From Azolla caroliniana (lineage: Eukaryota > Plantae > Polypodiophyta): a stretch of DNA of 64,000 nucleotides. The stretch lies in NCBI GenBank assembly GCA_043228905.1, contig JBHGNT010000004.1, positions 22,444,001-22,508,000 of the forward strand. The letters run 5' to 3'. This document shows positions 27,265 to 38,400 of this stretch, one piece after another. The notes beneath the pieces were generated by a model. The model saw nothing but the letters and a program-made list of their open reading frames with translations. It did not search any database and was not told the origin of the DNA. The translations under genes were made by a program, and so were the position numbers. Within the stretch, counting starts at the first letter, position 1, and each line of letters opens with the position of its first letter.

Positions 27265-27634
27265 TGTTGGGGGAAGCGCTAACTAGAAGGCGACTTGGTT
27301 GTGTCGAGAGAGAGAGAATCGAAAGGGAAATATTATATTGCAGTGTAAAACAAATTACAAAGAGTAGGCAACAAAGTGCTATATAATAGCGTTGAACCAA
27401 ATTAGTTTTGGGATGATTGATAGATCCCTATTTATAAGTAATATAGAACACTCTAGAATATTCTAGGTCATTCTAGAATGTAGAGTAATATAGAATAGTC
27501 CTATGATATTAGATTACATATTCTAAAAACCATAGATATAAACATATTATTACAATGGTTAAGGATTCAAGATGTTTATAACAAGGTCGAAGGTTCAAAT
27601 CCTGTCGAGGCATAATGTGAGTGTCATCATGACT
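27265..27634 (-). repeat. Chromovirus H 3' LTR
   Basis: Minus strand (A/T)GTCATGATG...CCAACA, preceded by PPT AAAGAAGGGAGATAG (27649-27635); related to the I and J LTRs. Confidence 0.8.
27548..27606 (+). promoter_or_regulatory. tRNA-derived Pol III A-box/B-box module in H LTR (antisense to the element)
   Basis: TATTACAATGG...AAGGTCGAAGGTTCAAATCC; spacing 46 nt. Confidence 0.65.
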
Positions 27635-28714
27635 CTATCTCCCTTCTTTGATGACACGGCCGGCAAAGGAGTCCAGAGTGGGAAACGGAGAGCTAATTAA
27701 GTAGTAGGAATGTGGTTGTAATTAAGCTATAAGTGTGGACGGACAGACCGGAATCGGTATGCCGTTCCGGATCCGGACCGATCCCGAACAGGTGCGGATG
27801 GCACCGTTTTGTAATACAGACCGGAAACTTATTTAAAGGCCCGGATACAATGTAATAGTTAGCGGTTAATTAATGAAAGCTTAAGCGTTGTTATCTTTCT
27901 GTGTTAATTGTCGTTCTGTCTTAATTGTTATATTTTACGCTGTCGTGAAGAAAACCGTCCATAGGCGGAATCGGCGCACCAAGGCGTGGGAACCGGTTCT
28001 TCACGCGCGCACGCTCCAAGTTGTACATAGAAGTTAATTGTGAGGATAATCGGCAGGAACGGGCCCTAACTCAAGTGGAGACAAAGACCGCGCGAACAGT
28101 CTTTTCGGTCGCGCGCGCGAACTGTACGAGTCGGCGGCGTAACTACGCGGATGCGTGAAAAACGGAGCGGATCCCTGTCCAAAAGGGACAGGGAATAAAG
28201 CTGACATGACGGCCTGCTCGTCGGGCTATAAAAAGAGGAGGAAAGAGCTGTTGCAGGCATCTCGCGGGGGAGAGGACGAAGTGCTGTCGGACCGTTTCTG
28301 GACGCTTCTCTCTCTGTTTTCCTTCCTTCTCGAGCTCCATAGTTTTCTGTGCAGGGTTCCGAGGAGGCTCGCGCTGTTTCGAGGAACGCCCGAGTGCTTC
28401 CGGCAGCCCCTTTGAGCGTCGAAGTGAACAGGCATCGGCATCTGTTCGCCGGCCTGTTCGGTTGTAACCAACCTGTGCCCCGTCGAGGGTTGTAGTCGTG
28501 ATTAGCCATTTTCTTAATATACATATTAAGTCATTCACATCTGTCTGTGTCGGTCTCTGTCCGCGTTCTCCGTGCTGAAGGGCCGTGTCCCTGTGTATCC
28601 CCGGTCCTGCGTAGCCGGTTCTCTCTCTTTCTCCTCCCTCGCTTGCTCTTTGGTCCGAGACCCCCGCGGTCCCGCCTCGATTCCACGCGCACTTGCATAA
28701 TATCTCGACATCTT

Positions 28715-28732
28715 TGGTGAACCCGACGTGAA
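28715..28732 (+). promoter_or_regulatory. C primer-binding site, tRNA-Trp
   Basis: TGGTGAACCCGACGTGAA is the reverse complement of the plant tRNA-Trp 3' end TTCACGTCGGGTTCA-CCA (18 nt, as recalled). Confidence 0.85.
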
Positions 28733-28754
28733 AGAGGCGGCAGAAGAGCAGAAG

Positions 28755-30881
28755 ATGAGGGGGTCGGATCTCGCAGAGGCCATGGCTTCGGCCGTGGATC
28801 GGATTGTAAACGCGCGCGAGAGCACCGGTGCCCTCGACAGAGCTATTGAGGCGGTCGTCGGCACGATCGGCCGGTTCGATGGGAAGGATGCCACGAAGTA
28901 TTTGGCGTCCTACGGTGCAGAGATGCTGATGCGGGACATTCCGGAAGAAAGGCGTCTTGCCGGATTTCCCCGAGTAGCGATGCCGAGCATCCATGCGGAG
29001 GTGCTCGAGGTGCGGACGGAGAGCCGTACCTGGGAGGAGTTCGAAGGTCGGCTCCTAGAGAAATACGGGCTGGACGACGCGCTCCGGCTTTCGAAGCGAA
29101 GGTTCATGGAATGGGTGGAGTCCCCGGGGAAGGGAAGAAACGCGTCGGCGCTCCTCCGGGAGTTCGAGGAAAACTTTGCGCGCCTTTCGGCGCTCGACCG
29201 AACCATCCTGGACACGAGCCGGGTCTTGCTGTTTGTCAAGTCGGTCGACGAGCGGGATCGGGAGCAAGTGGGCCTCTTGCTGGAAACCGAAGAAGGGCTC
29301 ACTACCGACTGGGCGGCTGTCAAGAAGGTCTGTGGCCGTTTCGACAAACGGCGAGAATGGGCGGATAACGGGGCGACCGGGTCGGGCTCGGTCGCAGCAA
29401 GGAAGCTCGAACCAGCGCCACATGAGCGCAAGGAAGAGACCCGGGAGTGGTTGGAAACCGGTTCGGCTTCGACCGGCGTAGTCAGAGGCTCAACCGGAGG
29501 AGCGGCGCTGGAGGAATTGACGAAGGCGATAAAGGACCTCCAAATCGCGCAGGCCCGAAGGGAAGGAGGCGAACCGGCTCGTGACCGACGGCCGGCGGCA
29601 GGAAACAGGTGCATGTGGTGCGATGAAGTCAGCCACATTCGGAAGGACTGCGGCGACTTCGCGGAGGCGCTGAGGGACAGGGTGGTGTACCTGTGGGAAG
29701 GACGGGTGCATGCCAGCGACACCCGAAGGGCCCTGAGCCGAAACGACGGAAAAGGTGGTATGAAAAGGTTGATGGAAGAGGCGGCGGCCCGACACGCGGA
29801 AACCGTCCACTACTCGGTGTCGGCCGGCATTCGAGTCGGGGGCGGCGAGGCCCGAAGGGAAAGCAAAGCCGGATTCTGGCCGACGATGCTGGAAGGCCTT
29901 GCCGGTGCAAGGCTTAAAGGGGAGGAATCGGACAGTGCGGAGAAACGGGTACGGGAGATGACCGGGTGGAGCGACCCGGTCGAGGAAAGGACGGGCTTCG
30001 TGGAAGCCGCTTGCCAGAATTACGAGGCTCTGGTAGAAGAGAAGCGGGTGGGGAGACCTGGGACGACCGGGCCCTCACAACGATACGAGACCCGGTCCGG
30101 GCCACGACGGGACGAAGCCGGCGGGGCCGGCACGCAAGATAAACCCCAGAAGGGCGGGTACCGTCTGGGGACGGAGATAGAAAGGACCACGGACTTACGA
30201 AAGGTCCTGGAGGAACGGATCCTCGACAGCAAGGTGGAGCTGTCGTTACGAGAGGTGCTGGGAATCGCCAAGAAGGAGTTCCACGACTCCATCGTGGACT
30301 TGGTGAAACGGAAGAGGCTGTCGACGGAGACAGAACCGGAAAGGCCGGTGGAGGTGCGGACGACGCACCTAGACGACATGGCGCTGGGAGACGAGTGTGC
30401 GGAAAGCCACTATTCGAGACCACACTGGGCCCGAGCGACCACGGAAACCCCGGTGAAGATCGGCGATGTCCGGGAACCGGTGATAGCTTTGGTGGACCAC
30501 GGATCGGAGATCAATTTGATGTCCATTGACTTCTATAAGAAGGGCAAATGGCCGATCAACACCAAGCACGGGTGGAAAATAAGGGCAGCAATGCGCGCCA
30601 CCGAGGAACTGCACGGGGCCTGTCCGAATGTGCGAGTCAAGATTGGCGACGTCGAGATTGACCAGCACTTCTTCGTGCAGGAGACGTCTTCGCATCCGGT
30701 CATTCTGGGAGAGCCGTACATCACGGCGGCGCGAATGGAGACCAAAGTGCTGGACAATGGTTCGGCCTACGCGAGGGTCAAAAGTCAAGACGGGCGCCAT
30801 TCGGTCCAGTTTCTGACGGTAAGGCCGAACCACGAACGTAACCGCGATTCCCTCGGTTCCGAAACCCGAGAGGATTTTTAG
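28755..30881 (+). CDS. C gag-protease polyprotein
   Basis: Open frame with FDGKDAT capsid-like motif, CMWCDEVSHIRKDC knuckle and ALVDHGSEIN protease; ends EDF*. Confidence 0.9.
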   Translation: MRGSDLAEAMASAVDRIVNARESTGALDRAIEAVVGTIGRFDGKDATKYLASYGAEMLMRDIPEERRLAGFPRVAMPSIHAEVLEVRTESRTWEEFEGRLLEKYGLDDALRLSKRRFMEWVESPGKGRNASALLREFEENFARLSALDRTILDTSRVLLFVKSVDERDREQVGLLLETEEGLTTDWAAVKKVCGRFDKRREWADNGATGSGSVAARKLEPAPHERKEETREWLETGSASTGVVRGSTGGAALEELTKAIKDLQIAQARREGGEPARDRRPAAGNRCMWCDEVSHIRKDCGDFAEALRDRVVYLWEGRVHASDTRRALSRNDGKGGMKRLMEEAAARHAETVHYSVSAGIRVGGGEARRESKAGFWPTMLEGLAGARLKGEESDSAEKRVREMTGWSDPVEERTGFVEAACQNYEALVEEKRVGRPGTTGPSQRYETRSGPRRDEAGGAGTQDKPQKGGYRLGTEIERTTDLRKVLEERILDSKVELSLREVLGIAKKEFHDSIVDLVKRKRLSTETEPERPVEVRTTHLDDMALGDECAESHYSRPHWARATTETPVKIGDVREPVIALVDHGSEINLMSIDFYKKGKWPINTKHGWKIRAAMRATEELHGACPNVRVKIGDVEIDQHFFVQETSSHPVILGEPYITAARMETKVLDNGSAYARVKSQDGRHSVQFLTVRPNHERNRDSLGSETREDF

Positions 30882-30937
30882 AGAGGACTGCCAAGGCGTG
30901 GGGCCGCGACAGTCCGGATGCTCCGGGAAAACCCCAC
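30872..30937 (+). promoter_or_regulatory. Predicted -1 ribosomal frameshift signal (G_GAT_TTT plus pseudoknot)
   Basis: Slippery heptamer 30872-30878 directly before TAG; stems GGACTG/CAGTCC and GTGGGG/CCCCAC; the -1 frame is open into pol. Confidence 0.75.
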
Positions 30938-33900
30938 ATCTGTACGATAAAACCGTGTACAATAGGTAGGAAATTTTGCTTCTCCGACAGCGGAGCATGT
31001 ACGATGGTCGGCATCACCGGCCGAGAGAAAACCAAGACGGAGGGGAGACTTCGGGCGTGCGGAGTTCTCGGCCCTGACGAAGAAATCAACGGAGCCGTGG
31101 AGGCAGTCTCCTTCGACGACACCTTGGGAATGCTGGGGAGGGTAGTCGAAGAAGACCTTATCGAGGACCGGGCGATACCGGTATGTTCAAAAGAAATGTA
31201 CGAAGTCATCGCGGACTTCGGTCGAGGGCTCGAGTCGGAACGGACGGCCCGAGTTAGCACCAAGTACAAGACTGTGGACCGGAAGGTGAGGCCAGTTGCG
31301 GCGCCCCTACCGGAGGGCAGCGAATCCCGAATCAGAGGGGTTGCATCGGACCCCAGCTTACGGGATCCGGCCTGCATAGGACACACCTTCACCAACGAGA
31401 CGCTCCGTGAGCTGAAGATCGGTGGGGGCGGGTTCCTACTGCCGGCGGAGGAAGACCGGTTCCGGAGAATGCTCGGAAGGCACGGGAAAGCCTTCGCATT
31501 CTCACCGGAGGAAATCGGGTGCGTAGACCCGACGACTGTAGAGCCGATGGTGATATTCACGGTACCGCATGTACCGTGGAATCTCAAGCCAATTCCGGTT
31601 CCGAGAGCTCACATCCCGAAGTTGATGGAGCTGTTGAAGCAGAAAGTTGATATGGGCATTCTCGAGCCGTCGAGCGCCCCGTACTCGAACCGGTGGTTTA
31701 CAGTACCAAAGAAAAACGGATCGTTGCGCTTCATTCAGGACCTGCAACCGGTCAATAGGGTAACCATTCGGAACGCAGGGATCGGACCGACCATAGATGA
31801 GTTCGCGGAGGCCTTCGCCGGAAGGTCGATTTACTCGGTCGGTGATCTATATTCAGGGTACGACCAGTTCCAGCTAGCCGTGGAGAGCAGAGACATTACG
31901 ATGATGCGAACTCCCCTCGGTCTAGTGCGGATGTGTACGCTGCCGCAAGGAGGGACCAACTCGGTGGCCCACATGGTGAATGCAATGAACAAGGTGCTGA
32001 GGGACTGCATCCCGGACATCACCATGCCGTTTCTAGACGACATCCCGATCAAGGGATGCCCGGTAGAAGAGAGGGACGAGACGACCGGGCCGGACGGATG
32101 CCGGCGATTCGTGGTAACGCACATCGACGACTGCGAGAAGGTGCTGCAAAGGCTAGAGGATGCGAGGCTAACCTTCTCGGGGGAGAAATCAGCCTTCGGA
32201 CAGTCGGAAATCATGGTGGTCGGACACTTATGTGGGTCGTATGGCCGGAAACCGTCTCCGGCAAAGGTGGAAGCCATCTCCGCGATGAAGCCCGACTGCA
32301 GCTCGGTCACGGAAGTACGAAGATTCCTGGGGGCATGCACATTCTACCACATATGGATCCCGCACTACGCGCACGTCGCGGAGCCGCTGTACGGGTTACT
32401 GAAGAAAGGGCGAAGATTCGAATGGCTAGACAAGCACACGGAGTCGGTCCGGAAGCTGAAGGAGGCTCTTTCGGCAGCACCGGCGCTCCGAAAGGCCGTC
32501 TACAGGAAGGGCACCCCAGTGTACATAACGGTTGACACGAGTCCGACCGGAATCGGGTGGGTCGTCAACCAAGAAGATGAGGACGGCAATCGGTTTCCGG
32601 TCCGATTCGGTGCGAAGGTCCTCAGCGAACGGCAGCGAGGATACGCCCAGGTTAAACGCGAGCTCTGGGGTATCGTTTCGGCGGTGAAGGCCGACAAGGA
32701 CTATCTGATCGGGACAGAGGTAATTATAGAGACGGATTGCATGCCGATTCTCGGCATGATTTCCGGATGCGCGACGCCGGACCTGGCAATGCTCAGGTGG
32801 ATAGCGTACATCAAGTCCCTGGACCCGGAAATACGACACATTTCCGGGAAAGACAACGCCATGGCCGACATGCTTTCAAGGGCAAGATTCGATGACGAGG
32901 GCGGCATGGTTTCGGAGGACGAAGACGTCGGCGTGGACTTCTTCGAGACTGCGTATGTAACAACCGACGGAACAAGCACTCCGGCGCTTAACGACTTCGA
33001 CGCGAGCAAGTACGAAGGGGAGTGGCTGCAGATCGGAGGGTTTCTGAAGACAATGACGCCCGATGCGTCATGGACGAAGGACGAGGCCAACCGGATCCGG
33101 AAGAAAGCGTACCGGTTCTTTCTCCGGGATGGCTATCTATGGAAACACCCGAAGAAGAAGGACGGCGTTCCGCTCCGGGTGGTGGCGATGAAGGAAGAAC
33201 AGGAGGAGCTGCTGACGGCCTACCACGACAGCCCTTGGGCTGGACACCGTGGAACATGGGCTACGTTTGAGAAACTAAAGGGGAAGTATTGGTGGCCGGG
33301 GCAGTACCAGGACGTGCATCGGTTCGTGACAACTTGCGAGAGCTGCCAGATGCACTCCGTAGTCCGACATCGAGACGAGCTTCACCCTACGTACCCTCCG
33401 GCCATCCATTTCAAATGGATGGTAGATCTAGTAACGATGCCAATGGGAGTAGGACAGATGCGGTACCTGGTCCTAGCGCGGGAGGATCTGACGAACCAGG
33501 TGGAAGGCCGGGCCCTTCCGAACAAAACGACCGCGGCCGTATGCCGGTTCCTAATCGAGGACGTGATATGCCGGTACGGGTGCGTCGGGAAGATCGTGGC
33601 TGACCGAGGGGAGTTGGACGCCGAAGAAGCCGCGGAGCTGTTCGACCGGCTGGGAGTCAAGCTCTCGCTCACCACTGCGTACAATCCGGAGGCGAATGGA
33701 AAGGTGGAGCGAGGACACGGACCGATCGTCAAGGCGTTGGTTCGGGCATGCGGAGGCCGAGTCGGTGACTGGCCGCGGCTGCTACCTTATGCTTTGTGGG
33801 CAGACCGGACCACGCACAGTTCGGTAACCGGGTACATGCCGACAGAGCTCATGTTCGGCCAGAAGCCGATCATGCCGATGGAACGGACGATCTCCTCGTG

Positions 33901-34360
33901 GGCAACGGTCGACTGGAGGGACGAGATGAGCCGGGAGGAGTTGTTGGCCGCGCGCATACGACAGCTCGAGCGAAGACCGGAGGACGTGGAACTGGCTACG
34001 GAGAAGCTCCGAGTAGCGAGGAAAAAGAACAAAGCCAGGTTCGACCGAACGCACCGGCTCCGACCGAAGAAAATCGAAGAAGGTGACTGGGTGCTCGTCT
34101 ACGATAGCAGCCTCGACAACCAGCACCGAGCTACACGGAAGTTCGCACGAAGGTGGTTCGGGCCTTACGTGATACAGAGCGCCAATGACAACGGGACATA
34201 CCACCTGGCGGAACTCGACGGCACGAGAATGACGATACCGGTTGCAGGGAAGCGGATCAAAGCGTTCAAGAAGCGACACGACGACGAGCCAGACCCGGCT
34301 CTCCTGGTCGGCAGTGACGAACGATCCGAAAACGAGGAAGAACCGACGGGCGAGGAATGA
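30878..34360 (+). CDS. C pol (RT-RNase H-integrase), -1 frame relative to gag, no chromodomain
   Basis: Open from 30878; LPQG and FLDD RT, VDTSP RNase H, HHCC plus DDE integrase. Confidence 0.92.
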   Translation, partial: LERTAKAWGRDSPDAPGKPHICTIKPCTIGRKFCFSDSGACTMVGITGREKTKTEGRLRACGVLGPDEEINGAVEAVSFDDTLGMLGRVVEEDLIEDRAIPVCSKEMYEVIADFGRGLESERTARVSTKYKTVDRKVRPVAAPLPEGSESRIRGVASDPSLRDPACIGHTFTNETLRELKIGGGGFLLPAEEDRFRRMLGRHGKAFAFSPEEIGCVDPTTVEPMVIFTVPHVPWNLKPIPVPRAHIPKLMELLKQKVDMGILEPSSAPYSNRWFTVPKKNGSLRFIQDLQPVNRVTIRNAGIGPTIDEFAEAFAGRSIYSVGDLYSGYDQFQLAVESRDITMMRTPLGLVRMCTLPQGGTNSVAHMVNAMNKVLRDCIPDITMPFLDDIPIKGCPVEERDETTGPDGCRRFVVTHIDDCEKVLQRLEDARLTFSGEKSAFGQSEIMVVGHLCGSYGRKPSPAKVEAISAMKPDCSSVTEVRRFLGACTFYHIWIPHYAHVAEPLYGLLKKGRRFEWLDKHTESVRKLKEALSAAPALRKAVYRKGTPVYITVDTSPTGIGWVVNQEDEDGNRFPVRFGAKVLSERQRGYAQVKRELWGIVSAVKADKDYLIGTEVIIETDCMPILGMISGCATPDLAMLRWIAYIKSLDPEIRHISGKDNAMADMLSRARFDDEGGMVSEDEDVGVDFFETAYVTTDGTSTPALNDFDASKYEGEWLQIGGFLKTMTPDASWTKDEANRIRKKAYRFFLRDGYLWKHPKKKDGVPLRVVAMKEEQEELLTAYHDSPWAGHRGTWATFEKLKGKYWWPGQYQDVHRFVTTCESCQMHSVVRHRDELHPTYPPAIHFKWMVDLVTMPMGVGQMRYLVLAREDLTNQVEGRALPNKTTAAVCRFLIEDVICRYGCVGKIVADRGELDAEEAAELFDRLGVKLSLTTAYNPEANGKVERGHGPIVKALVRACGGRVGDWPRLLPYALWADRTTHSSVTGYMPTELMFGQKPIMPMERTISSWATVDWRDEMSREELLAARIRQLERRPEDVELATEKLRVARKKNKARFDRTHRLRPKKIEEGDWVLVYDSSLDNQHRATRKFARRWFGPYVIQSANDNGTYHLAELDGTRMTIPVAGKRIKAFKKRHDDEPDPALLVGSDERSENEEEPTGEE

Positions 34361-35403
34361 AGACGGGCCGGTTATCTCCGTCCCAACTCTCTTGGCGCAT
34401 ACCGGAGGATGCGCGGTTAGGTGGGGGCGGATGTCGTGAAGAAAACCGTCCATAGGCGGAATCGGCGCACCAAGGCGTGGGAACCGGTTCTTCACGCGCG
34501 CACGCTCCAAGTTGTACATAGAAGTTAATTGGGAGGATAATCGGCAGGAACGGGCCCTAACTCAAGTGGAGACAAAGACCGCGCGAACAGTCTTTTCGGT
34601 CGCGCGCGCGAACTGTACGAGTCGGCGGCGTAACTACGCGGATGCGTGAAAAACGGAGCGGATCCCTGTCCAAAAGGGACAGGGAATAAAGCTGACATGA
34701 CGGCCTGCTCGTCGGGCTATAAAAAGAGGAGGAAAGAGCTGTTGCAGGCATCTCGCGGGGGAGAGGACGAAGTGCTGTCGGACCGTTTCTGGACGCTTCT
34801 CTCTCTGTTTTCCTTCCTTCTCGAGCTCCATAGTTTTCTGTGCAGGGTTCCGAGGAGGCTCGCGCTGTTTCGAGGAACGCCCGAGTGCTTCCGGCAGCCC
34901 CTTTGAGCGTCGAAGTGAACAGGCATCGGCATCTGTTCGCCGGCCTGTTCGGTTGTAACGAACCTGTGCCCCGTCGAGGGTTGTAGTCGTGATTAGCCAT
35001 TTTCTTAATATACATATTAAGTCATTCACATCTGTCTGTGTCGGTCTCTGTCCGCGTTCTCCGTGCTGAAGGGCCGTGTCCCTGTGTATCCCCGGTCCTG
35101 CGTAGCCGGTTCTCTCTCTTTCTCCTCCCTCGCTTGCTCTTTGGTCCGAGACCCCCGCGGTCCCGCCTCGATTCCACGCGCACTTGCATAATATCTCGAC
35201 AACGCGTGTGTTATGAAAGACGATCATAATAAGTAACTTAACCAAGTAGGATTAAGCGTTGAAGTCTAATCCGGTTGCCGTAACACCCTTTGGTGAAGTG
35301 TCTCCTGTAGACACCCTGTGTTAGGCCATTGTCCGGCCCGAAGAGTTAACACAGTTTTTGGCGACCAGATTCCTGTTTTTGCAGCGAACGACGACACGGA
35401 TGG

Positions 35404-38400
35404 ATGTTTAGATCAACGCACGACCTGGTTACAGATCGAACTCGACGACTTGCCGAAAGGCAAAGGAGACGCGAGGCTTTCCAGCAAGCGGCGCAGGAAA
35501 TTAGAGCGGATCGCTCGTTTTCCAACGTAATCCGGAGAGTAGCGGAGGACTCCCTCTGGTTACAGCAAACATTGCACCCGGACGACGGCAGCAGCCTAAG
35601 CAGCCTCCGGGAAACCGAATCCCTTCTCCACGCGTTGGCAAACGGAGAAGGCGAAGCAGAAGCCTTTTCAGCATATGAATCGGACTCCGAAGGGGAATGT
35701 AGCGTGCACACGAACTACCGTAGCAGCAATGAAACCCCGGGCGGACAATCAGAGGACGAAGGATCGGATACCTTACCGACACCGGAACTGGAACCGGAAG
35801 TGCTAACGCTGGAACCCCCGGAACCAATAGAGGAAGAACGACCTCCGACACCGGAAGTCGAAGAGGAGAGGCCTCCATCACCAAAGGAAGAGGAGAAACA
35901 ACTGACACCGGAAACAAATCGGGAAAGACCACCGACACCGGAGAAAATTCCGGAACGAGCACCAACACTACCAGCCCGCGCACCGATACCGGACGATGAC
36001 ATGCCGTTCCAGTACTCCAAGTATAGAGATGATCCGGACGCGGAAGCTCATGTGCACGCCTTTGAACAGACATGGGAAGCCAACCATGTGTCCCAGCGAC
36101 TGACATCGGAGGAAGAAGAACGCTCTAAGATAGCAGAGTTTGGTGTCACATTGGAGGGACCGGCAGCAAGATGGCATCGGACGCAGGACCCGTCTACCAT
36201 CAACACCTTTGCAGATTTAAAAGCTAAATTCTTGCATTTTTTTCAAAAGGAGGTGGACCAGACCGTAATGGTAGGCTTATTTTATACCATCCGGCAAGAG
36301 GCAGGGGAGAGCATTCCCCAATTTGTTATCCGGTTTCAACGGATGCATAGTCAGCTTGCCCGCGCACCCCCGGAGGAGGAATTACGGACGATATTCCTAA
36401 ACGCGCTCCGGGAACCCCTACGCACGGTTTGCACGGTAGTCGACTTCCGCACAAGTACCATCGACCAGGTCATCGACCGGGTGAGAGAGATGGAAAAGAC
36501 AAGCTCCTGGCTCACACTGGGAGCACTTCAACGGGCGTTACCGTCCGATGAAGACCTCCGGTTTCGGCAAGCAATACAGTGCACAACCTGCTTGAATTAC
36601 GGACACTCGGCTCTAGAATGCACTATGAGGACGCAATGTGTAATCTGTCAATCCAAGAGCCATACGACGGATAGGTGCGAGTATAATCTGTTGACTCGGC
36701 AAGCACCGCCCGTCCGACAAATTGAGCCACGCAGCAGCCGGGATGAAGAAGACGAACGCTGGCGGCGAATGGACCGTGACCGACCGGCACAGGATGTCCG
36801 GTATGGCGAGCGACGGGAAAATGATGTCCGGTACGGTGATCGGCGAGAGAACTATGACCGGCATAATCGGTACTAGGATTACAATAGACGATACGAACAG
36901 TACCACCGGGAGCACTCGCCCGGGTATCGTCAGCAACGGGAGGAATACGGCAGATATAACGGGCAACCCCGTCAAGAGTATCGTAATAAGAAGAGCTATA
37001 ACAAAAAACGGCATTTAAAAAAAGGCGGCTACCCCCGGGATCCGGAACAAGGCGCTCCAAGTAACCAACCGGTACAAAACCCCGCGCGTACCGTAGGACC
37101 TGCCCCGGGAACAACAGACAAGGCCGAATCTAGCAATGCCCGGAAAGCCTATTGTTACTACTGCCGACAGGAAGGCCATTATAGTAACCAATGCCCGGTG
37201 AAGAGCTATGAAAAACGACCGGCGGTAAATATGGTAGTCCCTGAGGTGGCAGACCTGCAGCAGGTGACCACAAGGTCGAAGGGCATGGCCAAAGAATGGG
37301 AGACACAGGAGACCATCCGCAAACAAGCAACGGAATGGGTAAAGAAAGCAAATGAGCAGAATGTCACAGACTTACAGCAGCAAAAGGAGAACACCGCAGG
37401 GCTTGCCGGCCGCAGTCACTCCGAGAACGAGACATGGCAGGCGTTGCAAGAATGCCAGATTACGTTACCATTAGGAAGACTCCTACAACTCGTGCCAAGA
37501 TTCACGGAAGGACTGAAGACGGCCATGACGGCAGGAGAACCATCACCGGCACCGGTACTCTTCTCGAATCCGGAGGAGGGACCAACAGTGGTAGACCAGC
37601 AGTTCGGTAATCACTGCCATTGTAAAAGGGAAAGAACTCCCTGGCACAGTTATAGACGGAGGCTCTGGGGTAAATGTAATACGCCTCCGGACGTGTGATG
37701 ACCTAGGAATCCATGAGTGGGAGCCGTGTCCGTTCTGGTTGCGGATGGCCGATACAAGCTCAGTGTGGTCGACAGGATTAACACGGAAATTAGAAGTCAC
37801 CGTCGGTGGGCATACATTTCACATCTCGTCCGTAATGCTACAATTACAGGCACAAGGCGCATACCCGCTATTGCTGGGGCGGCCATGGTTGAAAACGGCA
37901 CATATCAAACAAAATTGGCGAAAAAATATAATTACCTTCCGGCGTGGAAAAGCCAAGGTACGGGTACCAACACAGCCAAGGACGAGCATTGGCAAGGAAT
38001 GTACACCGTTGTATGCGGAATGCGTCAACATGCTCGAAGGGTTAGCGGACGAAGAAGAAGCTCAATACCTGCAGGAAAACCCGAAGATCATACCCCTCTT
38101 CGAAATTGACATTGCCGAAGCCGTAGCACCGTACTTATCGCAACCGGAAGAGGCGGAAGCAGAACCAGATAAAGACGCAATCCGGGAGTTACGGCAAGCG
38201 CAGGAAGCGTTGGAACGGGAAATGGCCGTTTCACAGCGCGTAAAAGCATCGCAACTGGAAGAGGTGAATTTAGGCACCACGGACGAAGCAAAACCGGTGC
38301 ACATCGCCAAGGAGATAAAGTCCGAAGACAAAACGGCGATGATAACACTTCTCACGGAATTCCGCGATGTGTTCGCCTGGTCATACGAAGATATGTGAGG

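Larger units (their letters stand above)
27941..35201 (+). mobile_element. Intact young Ty3/Gypsy element C (fungal-like non-chromovirus; Phygy/Selgy-type by inference)
   Basis: 770-bp LTRs TGTCG...CGACA (27941-28710, 34432-35201) with 2 visible differences; 4-bp TSD ACGC; tRNA-Trp PBS; PPT AGGTGGGGGCGGA at 34419-34431; two intact ORFs. Confidence 0.96.

Noticed and set aside
28066-28994. Long antisense ORFs in the C LTRs and opposite C and B coding regions
   Set aside because: Expected shadows of GC-rich sequence; duplicated only because the LTRs are duplicated; no recognisable motifs.
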